From assembly GCA_018435125.1 (NCBI GenBank), contig JAHDNZ010000021.1, positions 5,539-69,538 on the forward strand: a DNA stretch of 64,000 nt. The letters run 5' to 3'. This DNA comes from Bacillota bacterium (GTDB taxonomy: Bacteria; Bacillota; DTU065). The translations under genes were made by a program, and so were the position numbers. Under the pieces are notes generated by a model, which saw only the letters and a list, made by a program, of their open reading frames with translations, made no database searches and had not been told where the DNA came from. Below, one piece after another: positions 28,478 to 37,728 of this stretch (positions are counted from its first letter, which is position 1; every line of letters starts with the position of its first letter).

Positions 28478-30826
28478 TTATTCAGCTAAAGCAGCTTCTT
28501 TTTGAGTGTTTTGAAAAATGTAGATTTTGGCTATTCGTTGGACGGCAATAAAAGAGCTGGCCAAAGACTCGTGCTCTAAAGTTTTTAATAAACGGTCATT
28601 TTTTAATTGTTTAAGCTGAGAAAGGGTTTGGGTTACCAAATCTTGAAGTTTGACAGCATTTTCAAGGCTTTCTTCCCAGGTTAAAACAACTTTAGCAGTA
28701 TTTGCAATATCAGCTGCCATATCATTTAGACCGGCTCTTATTAGTTTATTAGCTCCTTCGTCTAGCAAAATTGCAGCTGCTGTAAAGGGTTTACGCATTG
28801 GCATAACAGAGGCATTTCTAAACAGTCCGTCCTTGGCATCGGTGTACTTTTCTTTCCAAAAACTAATATTGGAAAAAAGCGCTACACCTGTGCTGCCTAC
28901 AGATCGAGTGGCTTTAATCTGTCCCATATTGTTAAAGCGATCATTTACGTATAAACCAAGACCAGGGTAGACCCAAGTTTTATCAGCAACAATATCCAAT
29001 CCTTTTTGTGCATTAGCTTTAAAACCGGGAGTATCATTTCTGTAATCCATCGTCATTACAAAATCTAAATATCCCTTATCGATCCAGAGTTTCCAGTCTT
29101 GCATGACATTTTTACGCGAGTGTTGTGGGTCAGGGACCACTGCGGCGGAAAGCAAGGCCTCAGGTTTTAAGGTTTTTAAAAGATGTCGGACTTCCTTAAC
29201 AAATGAAGTAACATTGTTTTCCCGCCAGGAATTAAATTCAAGCCAAGCTGAAGAGCCAACGGTGATGTTTTCTAGCTTCAGACCTGTTTGTTGATAAAGG
29301 GCTGCTTTAGAGAATTCTGAATAACCAAAATGGCCAATACCATCTTCGTTATAGCGAATATAATCTATATGCAGACCATCAATCCCATAGTTTACAATGA
29401 GTTCTTGAAAAAGATCCAAAAGATACTGACGCGCATCTGGGTGAGAAGCATTGATCCAGGCTGTACCATATTCCCAATTGGAAAAAGCACGACCATTTTC
29501 ATCTAGTTCAACCCATTCAGGGTGGCTTTCAAGAATGGGGCCAAATTTGTGCCAGTAACCGCCACAAAAAACCCACACCCAAGGATGGACTTCAATACCA
29601 AGTTTATGTGCTTCGTCGATAACAACCTCAAGTGGATCAAAACCAAGCTCTTGGTATTTTGAATTTTGGTAGCCGATATTAGAGCGATATAAAGTGGTTC
29701 CATTATAGATAGTTTCAGGGAAAATGATGTTGATATTCGCCTGGGACAGTTTTTGGACAATACCTCTAAAATCTGCTTCCGTCTTTGCTGCTTCAAAGCT
29801 TTGATAATCTATCCATACAGCTCTTGTTTCAGCATCCCTGGTAGTTAAAAGACTTGGCAACATTTGATTGGTTAATTCTTTTAGGAGTTTAAGATACGGC
29901 CCTATTTTATGGCCTAGGTTTTTTTCTACAGCAAAGTTAATAGCTTTGTAGACCTCGGCGGCATTAAGAGCAGCTTCTTTGGCCTCGGGTGAAATATCTT
30001 CAAATGAACGTTCTATGTTTTTAAATTCTCTTTCAATTGTTTTATACCATACTTTAGCTTCATCGATAATTGGTTTTATCTCGCTAATATCCAAAGTGAT
30101 ATAGCCTCCTAATGACTGTTCGCCTAAAATACCAGTCAGATAGTCTACTAAAGCTAAACTAAAAGCTTCAGAGGGCTTTTGCTTAAAAAGGTTTTCGGCA
30201 AAATAGAGAGTGGAATCGGTAGCGACAACAGCTGCCATATCATCAAAGCAGTTACCGTTTTGATAGAATTTAGCCAAAACTTTAGTTTTGCTTTGAGCTT
30301 TTACCATACAAGCTTCACTACTTATAAATAGTTCGTCAGCTAGCTCACTGGAGAAATCCGGCAAAAATCCGGTGGTTAGCATATTCTCAGGGGTAAAGGC
30401 AGCTAAAGAGATCCCCAAAAGCTCACCTAAAGCAAAATCTAAACCCAATTCACCGGCTTCATTTCTTAAAGAGGTATCATATGTGGCTATAAGATAGCCA
30501 CCGTTTTTAACATAATCTTGATAGGCATCTATTTCAGCTTGACTCATGCAACTTTCGCCAAGTAAAAAAACGGCCTTGTAGTAGTCAAGAGCACCATCAA
30601 GTACATCACTAGTGGATAAAGAATCAACCAGAATATAGTTATCGATAAAACTCGAGATCAGATTATCACGAAGATTATTCGTTCCCTCACCATCTAAAGA
30701 AATAATTTGAGGACTAGAGATCACAGCTAGACCATTTTTAAGGTTAAGACAGTAACCTATAGAAGAACAAAGAAAGACAAAGATTAAACCAAGTAAGAAT
30801 CTATTAGGTTTAAAAAAAGGCTTCAA
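28478..30826 (-). CDS. large secreted GHL10 / DUF187 glycoside-hydrolase-like protein with an about 330-aa N-terminal extra domain
   Basis: TTG start after GGGGG. Signal peptide. Core motifs NIIFPET, HPWVWVF, GLHIDYIRYN, WLEFNSWRENNVT are paralogous to 11683-13389. Confidence 0.65.
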   Translation of the reverse strand: MKPFFKPNRFLLGLIFVFLCSSIGYCLNLKNGLAVISSPQIISLDGEGTNNLRDNLISSFIDNYILVDSLSTSDVLDGALDYYKAVFLLGESCMSQAEIDAYQDYVKNGGYLIATYDTSLRNEAGELGLDFALGELLGISLAAFTPENMLTTGFLPDFSSELADELFISSEACMVKAQSKTKVLAKFYQNGNCFDDMAAVVATDSTLYFAENLFKQKPSEAFSLALVDYLTGILGEQSLGGYITLDISEIKPIIDEAKVWYKTIEREFKNIERSFEDISPEAKEAALNAAEVYKAINFAVEKNLGHKIGPYLKLLKELTNQMLPSLLTTRDAETRAVWIDYQSFEAAKTEADFRGIVQKLSQANINIIFPETIYNGTTLYRSNIGYQNSKYQELGFDPLEVVIDEAHKLGIEVHPWVWVFCGGYWHKFGPILESHPEWVELDENGRAFSNWEYGTAWINASHPDARQYLLDLFQELIVNYGIDGLHIDYIRYNEDGIGHFGYSEFSKAALYQQTGLKLENITVGSSAWLEFNSWRENNVTSFVKEVRHLLKTLKPEALLSAAVVPDPQHSRKNVMQDWKLWIDKGYLDFVMTMDYRNDTPGFKANAQKGLDIVADKTWVYPGLGLYVNDRFNNMGQIKATRSVGSTGVALFSNISFWKEKYTDAKDGLFRNASVMPMRKPFTAAAILLDEGANKLIRAGLNDMAADIANTAKVVLTWEESLENAVKLQDLVTQTLSQLKQLKNDRLLKTLEHESLASSFIAVQRIAKIYIFQNTQKEAALAE

Positions 30827-30906
30827 AATATAATACCCCCTATCTAAAATATAGCATTAGTAGAGCTTTATACTAAAAAAACCAAAATCCTTCTCTGAGT
30901 GCTTTA

Positions 30907-30919
30907 GTTATCGATTTTA
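30907..30919. promoter_or_regulatory. ATCGAT-core motif copy 1 in divergent promoter region
   Basis: GTTATCGATTTTA; compare GCAATCGATTTCA 67 bp downstream. Confidence 0.3.
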
Positions 30920-30973
30920 ACAAAGATTTACTTACAAGCAGGAAAAAAGCAAGTTAAGGATAATTGTAATAAA

Positions 30974-30986
30974 GCAATCGATTTCA
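30974..30986. promoter_or_regulatory. ATCGAT-core motif copy 2 (LacI-operator-like AGCAATCGATTTCA)
   Basis: AGCAATCGATTTCA fits TGNAANCGNTTNCA at all fixed positions except the first base. It lies 18 bp upstream of the ATG at 31004. Confidence 0.35.
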
Positions 30987-31003
30987 CACAAGGAGGATTC
31001 TTA

Positions 31004-32323
31004 ATGCGAACAAAACCGCTTTTATTATTACTAATTTGCTTATTACCTATAGTAAGTGTTAAAGGAGAAAAAGCAGACACTTGGCCAATTGCAGATGGAA
31101 CTTTTATTCAAGAAAGTTTAGCTAAAACCTGGGATGCCAAAACCTGGTCTAAAGAAATGAATTACCTAAAAGAGCTTGGCATGAACTATGTTATCTTTGC
31201 TCCTACCGCCGAGGGAGAAGGAGAGAGTCAGAATCTAAAAACTCTCTATCCAACCAAGCAGGAGGGGTGGTATCCAAAGTATCCTGATTTGGATTTGGTG
31301 GACACCATTTTAAAAGAAGCCCAAAAAGCTGGACTTAAGGTTATTTTAGGTATGAACTTTAACGATCTTTGGTGGAAAATCGGTGGGTCTAATTCAAAAT
31401 GGCTACATCAACAAATGGAATTAGGCAATAAAGTCGCTGGCGAATTATATAGTAACTATTATAAAACCTACAAGGATACTTTTGTTGGCTGGTATTTTGT
31501 CTGGGAGATCGATAATATTACTTTTGCAACTAAAAAGGCCGAGCAGTCTCTGATAGAGGCGCTAAACATTCAACTTGATTATCTAAATGAGCTAGATCCC
31601 GATCTGTTTTTTATGTTCTGTCCCTTTATGAACTATAGGTTAGGTACCAAAGAAGCCTATCGTGATTTCTGGATTCGCCTGTTTGCAGAGGTGCATTTAC
31701 GTCAGGGAGATATATTTGCACCGATGGACTGTGTTGGAGCAGGAGGTTTAAACCTGGACAATTTTAGCGCCTGGTTTAAAGAGTTGCGCAAAGCAGTAGA
31801 TACCAAACCCGGCTTACTGTTTTGGTCTGACACGGAAGTATTTGATCAAAGAGATTGGACTTCGGTACCAATTGGTAAGTTTGTTCAGCAGATGGAGGGC
31901 GTTGCGCCTTATGTAGATAACATAATTACTTTTGCCTATTCACATTATTATAGTCCTAATGTCACTGAAAGTGGTTTCCATGATACCTATCTGGAATATG
32001 TCAAGACAGGGAAAATAGAAAAAAAGGAACCTGAAGCGCCGTATGATTTACAAATGTTTGCTATGCCCGATGGATCCAATTATTTAATGTGGCAAGAAGG
32101 TGAGGATAATCTGGGGATAGCTGGATATATTGTCTATCGTGAAGGAAGGCAAATTGGCAGAACCCAGGTAGCCAGAATCGGTGCCCAAAGCGGTATGATA
32201 AAAGCCTATAAAGAAATTGCTCGACTAGTTAAGGGCAGGACTTACAAATATACCGTTAGAGCCTATGATTATACTGGCAACCTGTCTACAGAGAGTGCAG
32301 TTTACGAATATACAGTTGAATAA
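31004..32323 (+). CDS. secreted DUF4434-like TIM-barrel-type protein with C-terminal Fn3-like domain
   Basis: AAGGAGG RBS. Signal peptide. ...GTFIQESL...W..EMNYLKELGMNYVIF start typical of DUF4434. C-terminal ...YKYTVRAYDYTGNLS is Fn3-like. Confidence 0.55.
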   Translation: MRTKPLLLLLICLLPIVSVKGEKADTWPIADGTFIQESLAKTWDAKTWSKEMNYLKELGMNYVIFAPTAEGEGESQNLKTLYPTKQEGWYPKYPDLDLVDTILKEAQKAGLKVILGMNFNDLWWKIGGSNSKWLHQQMELGNKVAGELYSNYYKTYKDTFVGWYFVWEIDNITFATKKAEQSLIEALNIQLDYLNELDPDLFFMFCPFMNYRLGTKEAYRDFWIRLFAEVHLRQGDIFAPMDCVGAGGLNLDNFSAWFKELRKAVDTKPGLLFWSDTEVFDQRDWTSVPIGKFVQQMEGVAPYVDNIITFAYSHYYSPNVTESGFHDTYLEYVKTGKIEKKEPEAPYDLQMFAMPDGSNYLMWQEGEDNLGIAGYIVYREGRQIGRTQVARIGAQSGMIKAYKEIARLVKGRTYKYTVRAYDYTGNLSTESAVYEYTVE

Positions 32324-32587
32324 AAAAACCTGCTGAAAGGTGACGCGTATAAAGGTTAAATTCCTTGAAAAATTCGGCATAGTCGGAGAAATATCGGCTA
32401 TGCCGTTTATTCTTGGGTTTTTTATTTCCTCACCAGTGACAGGAGTGTTCAGCATTGAAGGTTTTTTCTTTTACGAAGTCAAGGAAAGACTGCAGTTCAG
32501 CAGCACATATTTTGTAGCTGTACTTTCTTTTTCATCGGTAGCAGTCAGCTTTATGACACCTCGATGGTGGATATTCTTCTGTTGAAC

Positions 32588-33035
32588 TTTGGCAAGAGGC
32601 TAAATCTAAGAACATTGACTTAATGTTTACTGATATGACAGGGATAAATCCGCTCTCAACAAACTACCACTGGTATTCAATGTTGATATTAAAAATAAGA
32701 TGACTTTGAATTTTCCTGCCGGAAACAAACCTCTGTATTGTTCTTTTAGCAAAGGTTCCTACTCTACAAGATTTGATCTTCACATTTGCCAAGCGTGTCC
32801 TTTAGCTCTTAAATGTCCGGCAAAACAAAAAAAGCAGTATAGCAAACTAAACTTTAGTGAAAAATCTTATCTGGCTTCATTAATTAGAATGAAGTGTTTA
32901 AACCCTGAAAAACTGGCATAGAATCTTTCAGTTCGAGCTGGTATCGAAGGCACTATATCTGGAGTTCTATTGATAAACAGGTGCAAGTTACCAACTGCTA
33001 TGCCAAAATCGCTATACATTGAATTCCTGAGATGA
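32588..33035 (+). pseudogene. IS1182-family transposase remnant (C-terminal part, frameshifted)
   Basis: Three frames carry consecutive pieces: ...AKSKNIDLMFTDMTG..., ...FDLHICQACPLALKCPAKQKK..., ...LSVRAGIEGTISG..., the last being a typical IS1182 transposase motif. Confidence 0.6.
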
Positions 33036-33242
33036 TTGAAACGGTTATCTTGCTGAAATAGAATTTGGCAGTTAAGATAGGATAAAGCTTTCGCGGGGAA
33101 ATGTTAAATAGACTCACATAGTTAAGGTGTATTTCTCAATTATAAAAAAAGATAATTATTTTCTAACCTTTTTTGTTTCGTGTCACTATATAAGTGAAAA
33201 GGAAAAACCGGCCGGTGATTTCCTTGGAAGGAGGTGCTACCT

Positions 33243-34871
33243 ATGGATGAAATCAACAGACTTTTTGATCGCATTGCGGATGATTATTCGCTGATACTTC
33301 TGAATTGGGCTTATAAAAAGCTTGGCGACAGTGACAAAGCGGAAGAATTAACGCAGGAGGTTCTTCTTCAAGTATTCTCTGCGATTAGCAAGAATTCTTC
33401 TGACGGTATACCTATTGAAAAATTGGATAACTTTGTATGGAAAATTGCTTATTATTCATGGTGTCACTATTTGCGGCAAAACGAACATTATAAATTGTGT
33501 GTTCCAGCAGATGAATTAAAGCTTGCAGATGACAGGGATTTCATAGTTGATTTTGTAGAGAGCGAATATCAAAAACAACTTATTTATCGTATACGCGATA
33601 AAATAGTACGTCTCAATTATCTACAACGTGAGATTATGATTTCTTTTTATATTGATAACGCTTCTCTGGAGCAAATTGCAATGCACTATAACATCAGTGT
33701 AGCAACTGTAAAATGGCACCTCTTTGACACAAGAAAGAAAATAAAAAAGGAGGTTATCGCTATGGAGAATAGTAATTTGGTTTATCGCCCTCGAAGACTG
33801 CACTTGGGCATTAACGGTCAGGCTTCCCCAACCTTAGACACTAAGTTTATTGAAAACAGTCTTACAAAGCAAAATATCTGCGTTGCATGTTATCTGCAAC
33901 CAAAGACGCTCAACGAACTCACAGATATTTTGGGAATACCCAAAGCCTATATTGAGAACGATATCGAGTGGCTTCTGCAAAGAGAATTCCTAATCAAATC
34001 AAAGTCTGGTTATTCTACTTTCTTTATGATTGAAACGGCTGATGACGAACAAAAAAAATATGCAATCTATATGAAGCATAAGGATGAGCTTTCAGATGTT
34101 ATTATTAATGAACTGATAGCTGCAGAAGATAAAATCAGAAGCATTGGATTTTATGGTAGTGATCAGCCCTTGGATAAAATGCTCTGGCTACTCATCTACA
34201 GGTTTTGTAATTACCAGCGTATCCCGTATGCTACAAATGATGCTCCTATCCGCTCAGATGGCGGCAAATATTTTCCACTAGGATTTGATCGCACAGATTT
34301 TGAGAAAGTCGATAGATCCATTGATACAACTGGATGGGCATATAACGGTAGCATGTGTAGCGACAATTTTTGGTGGTTCGGTCTGTATAATTTCGGTGAA
34401 TCCGAAATAGAAGAGATGATGGATGAATATACATCTGAATGGAAACAGCTCCATGAAATACTCTGTAGTCTTATTTATTCGGACTACGACATTTCCGTAT
34501 TTAACGAGAATCAAAAATTTAATCTTTCAAAACTTGTTCAAAAAGGTTTTGTGACCATCTACGGTAAAAAGGCATTGCCCAATTTCTATATTTTTACATC
34601 GGAGCAATATAAACAGTTAGAAGAATTTGTATTTGCACCAATTGCACGGAAGCTCGAAGACGAAATTGTTTTATTAACTAACGACCTTGCGGAATTATGT
34701 AAAATGAAAGTGCCGGCACAGCTTAAAAATTATTATAATCTGTTCATGCATATGGCGCTTTGCGACATTGGATATCTGACAACCATATTTGCGTTTAATG
34801 AGGATAAACTTTATAAACCCAGAGATAATCATGATGGTGAGTTTTTGACTCTGATGTATATCAAGAGATAA
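33243..34871 (+). CDS. sigma-70/ECF-type sigma factor fused to an about 370-aa C-terminal domain
   Basis: GGAGGTG RBS then ATG at 33243. Region 2 (DKAEELTQEVLLQVF). Region 4 HTH (LQREIMISFYIDNASLEQIAMHYNISVATVKWHLFDTRKKI). Then a second wHTH-like segment and a long unassigned domain. Confidence 0.75.
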   Translation: MDEINRLFDRIADDYSLILLNWAYKKLGDSDKAEELTQEVLLQVFSAISKNSSDGIPIEKLDNFVWKIAYYSWCHYLRQNEHYKLCVPADELKLADDRDFIVDFVESEYQKQLIYRIRDKIVRLNYLQREIMISFYIDNASLEQIAMHYNISVATVKWHLFDTRKKIKKEVIAMENSNLVYRPRRLHLGINGQASPTLDTKFIENSLTKQNICVACYLQPKTLNELTDILGIPKAYIENDIEWLLQREFLIKSKSGYSTFFMIETADDEQKKYAIYMKHKDELSDVIINELIAAEDKIRSIGFYGSDQPLDKMLWLLIYRFCNYQRIPYATNDAPIRSDGGKYFPLGFDRTDFEKVDRSIDTTGWAYNGSMCSDNFWWFGLYNFGESEIEEMMDEYTSEWKQLHEILCSLIYSDYDISVFNENQKFNLSKLVQKGFVTIYGKKALPNFYIFTSEQYKQLEEFVFAPIARKLEDEIVLLTNDLAELCKMKVPAQLKNYYNLFMHMALCDIGYLTTIFAFNEDKLYKPRDNHDGEFLTLMYIKR

Positions 34872-35559
34872 TATTTTCATCACCTGGACTGGCTTTCACC
34901 AGTCCGGGTGCAGTTAACATTTTATAATTATATGGGAAACGAAAAAAAAACATATTTCGGATGAAGAACAATGAAAGCTTTAACCTGAATTATTTCTATT
35001 TAAAAAGAGCTGAAAGTGAGATTAATGAAAAACTTGCCTGCGTGCGCTTTATCGTATTAAAGCAAGCGTATAATATAGTTCTTGAACCTTGCGACGGATT
35101 CTTCTTTCAACACACGTCCTCCGATGTCCAGAAGTCCTCGGCTGCCACCAAGAGTTCTTGGGTTAGGATGTCGAACAGCAGGGCGGAGCTCGTCGAAGAT
35201 GACACCGTTCGCGTTGAGGCTGTGCTTTTTATACGATTCCGACGACTGTACCTAATTGATGTTGTCTAGCCATGGGAAGGTCAGGTGGAAGTTATCGATT
35301 AAAGAAGCCAAGTGGAGATCTGCAGTTTGTTCTAGAGGTGTATAATATTGATGACAACCTGCGTTTGCTAACCATCAGTGACCTAAGGAAACTTAAATAT
35401 TATTTTGACCGTTCGGGAATTGTCTAAGAGAACAATTCAGGCCTAGAACACCTTTATGTGACTACAATCCCATACCATCACTTCGATTCAAAAACCTCTG
35501 AAGAAATAGACATTCACGAGGTTTTTTCTGATATGTGTTAAAATGGCGTTGATAAACTA

Positions 35560-36038
35560 TACCCCTGCGGGTACTATTAAAGAATGAAAACGTATTAGGA
35601 ATACTTACCATATGTGGCTAGCAAAAAGAGGTCGGATTTACTTGGCATTTATAAGTCCGCATGGCTATCACACAAGCAGAGAATGAGTATTGCTAATAAT
35701 CAACATGCGGTTTTGTTAAAAGAAATCAACAAGCTGATCAGTGTCTGCAATTTGGCAGTATGCAGTGATACAGCGGAAATCGGCTAGATTCTTCACTGTG
35801 ATTACTGGAAACAAGGCTATGACACCGAAATGGGCAAAGCACTGTTTGATTTTGGCTTGGGGGAAGTTAATCTACACCGAAATATAACCTATTGCGATAC
35901 TGAAAACTACGGTTCTTATCGTATGATGGAGAAGATTGGTATACGCTGGAAGGGCTGTTTATCGAAGGCAGACCTGCTAACAAGAAGTCTGAAAAAAGTA
36001 TAACGATGAATACATATGCTATACTCAAACACGAATGA
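35560..36038 (+). pseudogene. GNAT (RimJ/RimL-like) acetyltransferase pseudogene
   Basis: ...TAEIG*ILHCDYWKQGYDTEMGKALFDFGLGEVNLHRNITYCDTENYGSYRMMEKIG... with an in-frame TAG at 35785 and a frameshift before ...LEGLFIEGRP...YAILKHE*. Confidence 0.65.
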
Positions 36039-36099
36039 GCACAAAAAGAATCGTTTATTTTAACGCATTACCGTGCAAGTTTGATGGCTTTATTGATTT

Positions 36100-36496
36100 G
36101 CTAGAGTTGACAGACGGAAATATTGGCAAAAAAAAATAAAAATTCGCTAATTATTATGGAAATAGTTGACACATTGTTGTCAGGTTTGATAGAGTAAAAT
36201 ATCTTGTGTAAATAAGAGAGAAGTCCTTTAAATTCGGGTATAAGTTTTTTGAGCAAAACCAAACCCCGAAGGAGGACCTCTCTATGTTTAATGATACCCA
36301 AAAACTTAAAGAAATCCTATACTCAAATATAAGTTTAGAAGAATTTTTGTTATCAATGATCAAAGATATGATGGAAACTCTGATGAAAGCTGAGCTTACT
36401 GAGTTATTAAAATATGAGAAATACTCGCAAGAAGGCCATAACTCAGGCAATTCGCGTAACAGTTCTTATAAGAGCTCCTACGAAACCAAATATTGA
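36100..36496 (+). mobile_element. truncated IS256-family element (left end plus first about 70 codons of transposase)
   Basis: MFNDTQKLKEIL...MMETLMKAELTELLKYEKYSQEGHNSGNSRN.SY... matches the IS256 transposase N-terminus and then stops. A TTGACA/TAGAGT promoter-like pair lies upstream. Confidence 0.6.
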
Positions 36497-36524
36497 AATA
36501 TTGATTTCAAGGATGAGAAAACAT

Positions 36525-36812
36525 ATGAATAAAACTGACTTTTCAAAAATTACTCCCTGTGGCGGTTGCTGCGACGATTGCGGTTATAAGAAAAGCGGAG
36601 AATGCAAGGGATGCCGTGAAGCAGAAGGCAAATGCGTTAAGCTGTGGTCAAATGGTTGTACAATTTATAAATGCTGTAAAAAGCATAACGCATATTTCTG
36701 CGGTGTTTGCAATGAATTCCCCTGTGAAGGGATTGCGAATAAAATCTCCGAGTGGGACAAAGATGGAATTGATAAGCTGATAAAACTTAAATATGAATAT
36801 CGTGGTGAATAA
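36525..36812 (+). CDS. DUF3795-like Cys-rich protein
   Basis: MNKTDFSKITPCGGCCDDCGYKKSGECKGCREAEGKC...CCKKHNAYFCGVCNEFPC, a characteristic Cys pattern. Confidence 0.7.
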   Translation: MNKTDFSKITPCGGCCDDCGYKKSGECKGCREAEGKCVKLWSNGCTIYKCCKKHNAYFCGVCNEFPCEGIANKISEWDKDGIDKLIKLKYEYRGE

Positions 36813-36827
36813 TAGGACGGGATCAAA

Positions 36828-37697
36828 GTGAATGATGAAATAATAAATTGGCTTCTTGAAGATGATAACCCTGCTGTAAAATACCGCACACAAACTGAAC
36901 TGTCGGGGCAATCTGCGGATAAAACAGAAATTATAGAATGGATTTTCAGCAAGATGCCTCAAAACTGGTATGAAACAAATGGGCTTTGGTATCGCTATTA
37001 TGTGACTGCAATTAGTGAGTGTGGTTTGTCAGGTGAAGATATACAGATCGAATATTTGCTGAAGGCATTTGAAGAACTTGAAACAATGTTTGATTGTAAC
37101 TGTGGTGATTTTATGCTACTGCGTGCACTAGTAAAGCTGGGTTGTTATGATAACGAAACCGTGAAAAACAGCATAACTAGAGCAGATAAATGCATATTAC
37201 CGGATGGCGGATTTCTATGTCAACATAGAATTACTAAGTTGAAATATACTCCGAAAAGCTGTTATAAAGCGAATCTGCACGCCTTACTTCTTGCCGCTGA
37301 GTGTAAGAAGAAAAACATTGAATGTCTGTATGCGGATAAGCTCATACGATATTTTAAGAAGCGAAATATATTTTATCGAACAGACAACACGAATGTTCTT
37401 GTTCTGAACGCCCGTCCGGGATGGCGTACGATAGATACTTTTTATCCGTTTGAAGTCATGCGGGTCGGATTGCAAAATGTAGTCGAAGCTTTTTCTGCGC
37501 TTGGTTACGGTAACGAGTCATGGCTTGCAGAGGCTTGGACTATGTTAAATAGTTTCAAGGATGATTATTCAAAAGTATTGCTAAAAGGAACCTTGACGAA
37601 ATCTTATCTGCCTAAAGAACGTGTTGGAAAGGCAAGTAAATGGGCTACTTTTTATACTTTACTTGCGGAAAAGGAGCGTAACCATGCCAAAAAATGA
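36828..37697 (+). CDS. hypothetical protein (possible alpha/alpha-toroid, prenyltransferase-like fold)
   Basis: GTG start 16 nt after the upstream gene. N-terminus ...INWLLEDDNPAVKYRTQTEL... recurs in clostridial hypotheticals often next to DUF3795 genes (from memory). Confidence 0.45.
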   Translation: MNDEIINWLLEDDNPAVKYRTQTELSGQSADKTEIIEWIFSKMPQNWYETNGLWYRYYVTAISECGLSGEDIQIEYLLKAFEELETMFDCNCGDFMLLRALVKLGCYDNETVKNSITRADKCILPDGGFLCQHRITKLKYTPKSCYKANLHALLLAAECKKKNIECLYADKLIRYFKKRNIFYRTDNTNVLVLNARPGWRTIDTFYPFEVMRVGLQNVVEAFSALGYGNESWLAEAWTMLNSFKDDYSKVLLKGTLTKSYLPKERVGKASKWATFYTLLAEKERNHAKK

Positions 37698-37728
37698 TAA
37701 TGTAAAATCCATACGTCTTTAGGAGAGC

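Noticed and set aside
28650-29796. Three ORFs (28650-28970 +, 29103-29294 +, 29503-29796 -) within the large GHL10 gene
   Set aside because: All are nested in or out of frame with the 782-aa CDS, which has a signal peptide and paralogue support. None has a start context.
32225-32585. ORFs 32225-32455 (-) and 32340-32585 (+) at the island's left edge
   Set aside because: The first overlaps the end of the DUF4434-like gene. Both have odd hydrophobic composition and no RBS. The region is more likely junction debris, and I could not assign the weak ...AELQSFLDFVKEK... minus-strand reading to any family.
34961-35269. 102-aa plus-strand ORF after the sigma fusion gene
   Set aside because: It spans an abrupt AT-rich to GC-rich transition, and its second half is Arg/Val/Ser-rich noise. 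It is better explained as a relic fragment (see the GC-rich fragment finding).
35273-35428. 51-aa ORF MGRSGGSYRLKKPSGDLQFVLEVYNIDDNLRLLTISDLRKLKYYFDRSGIV, vaguely RelE/ParE C-terminus-like
   Set aside because: The resemblance is weak, the ORF is too short, and no antitoxin partner is present. At best it is a decayed toxin fragment.
36559-36962. Alternative-frame and antisense ORFs over the DUF3795-like gene and its neighbour
   Set aside because: They overlap two CDS that have clear family or RBS support.
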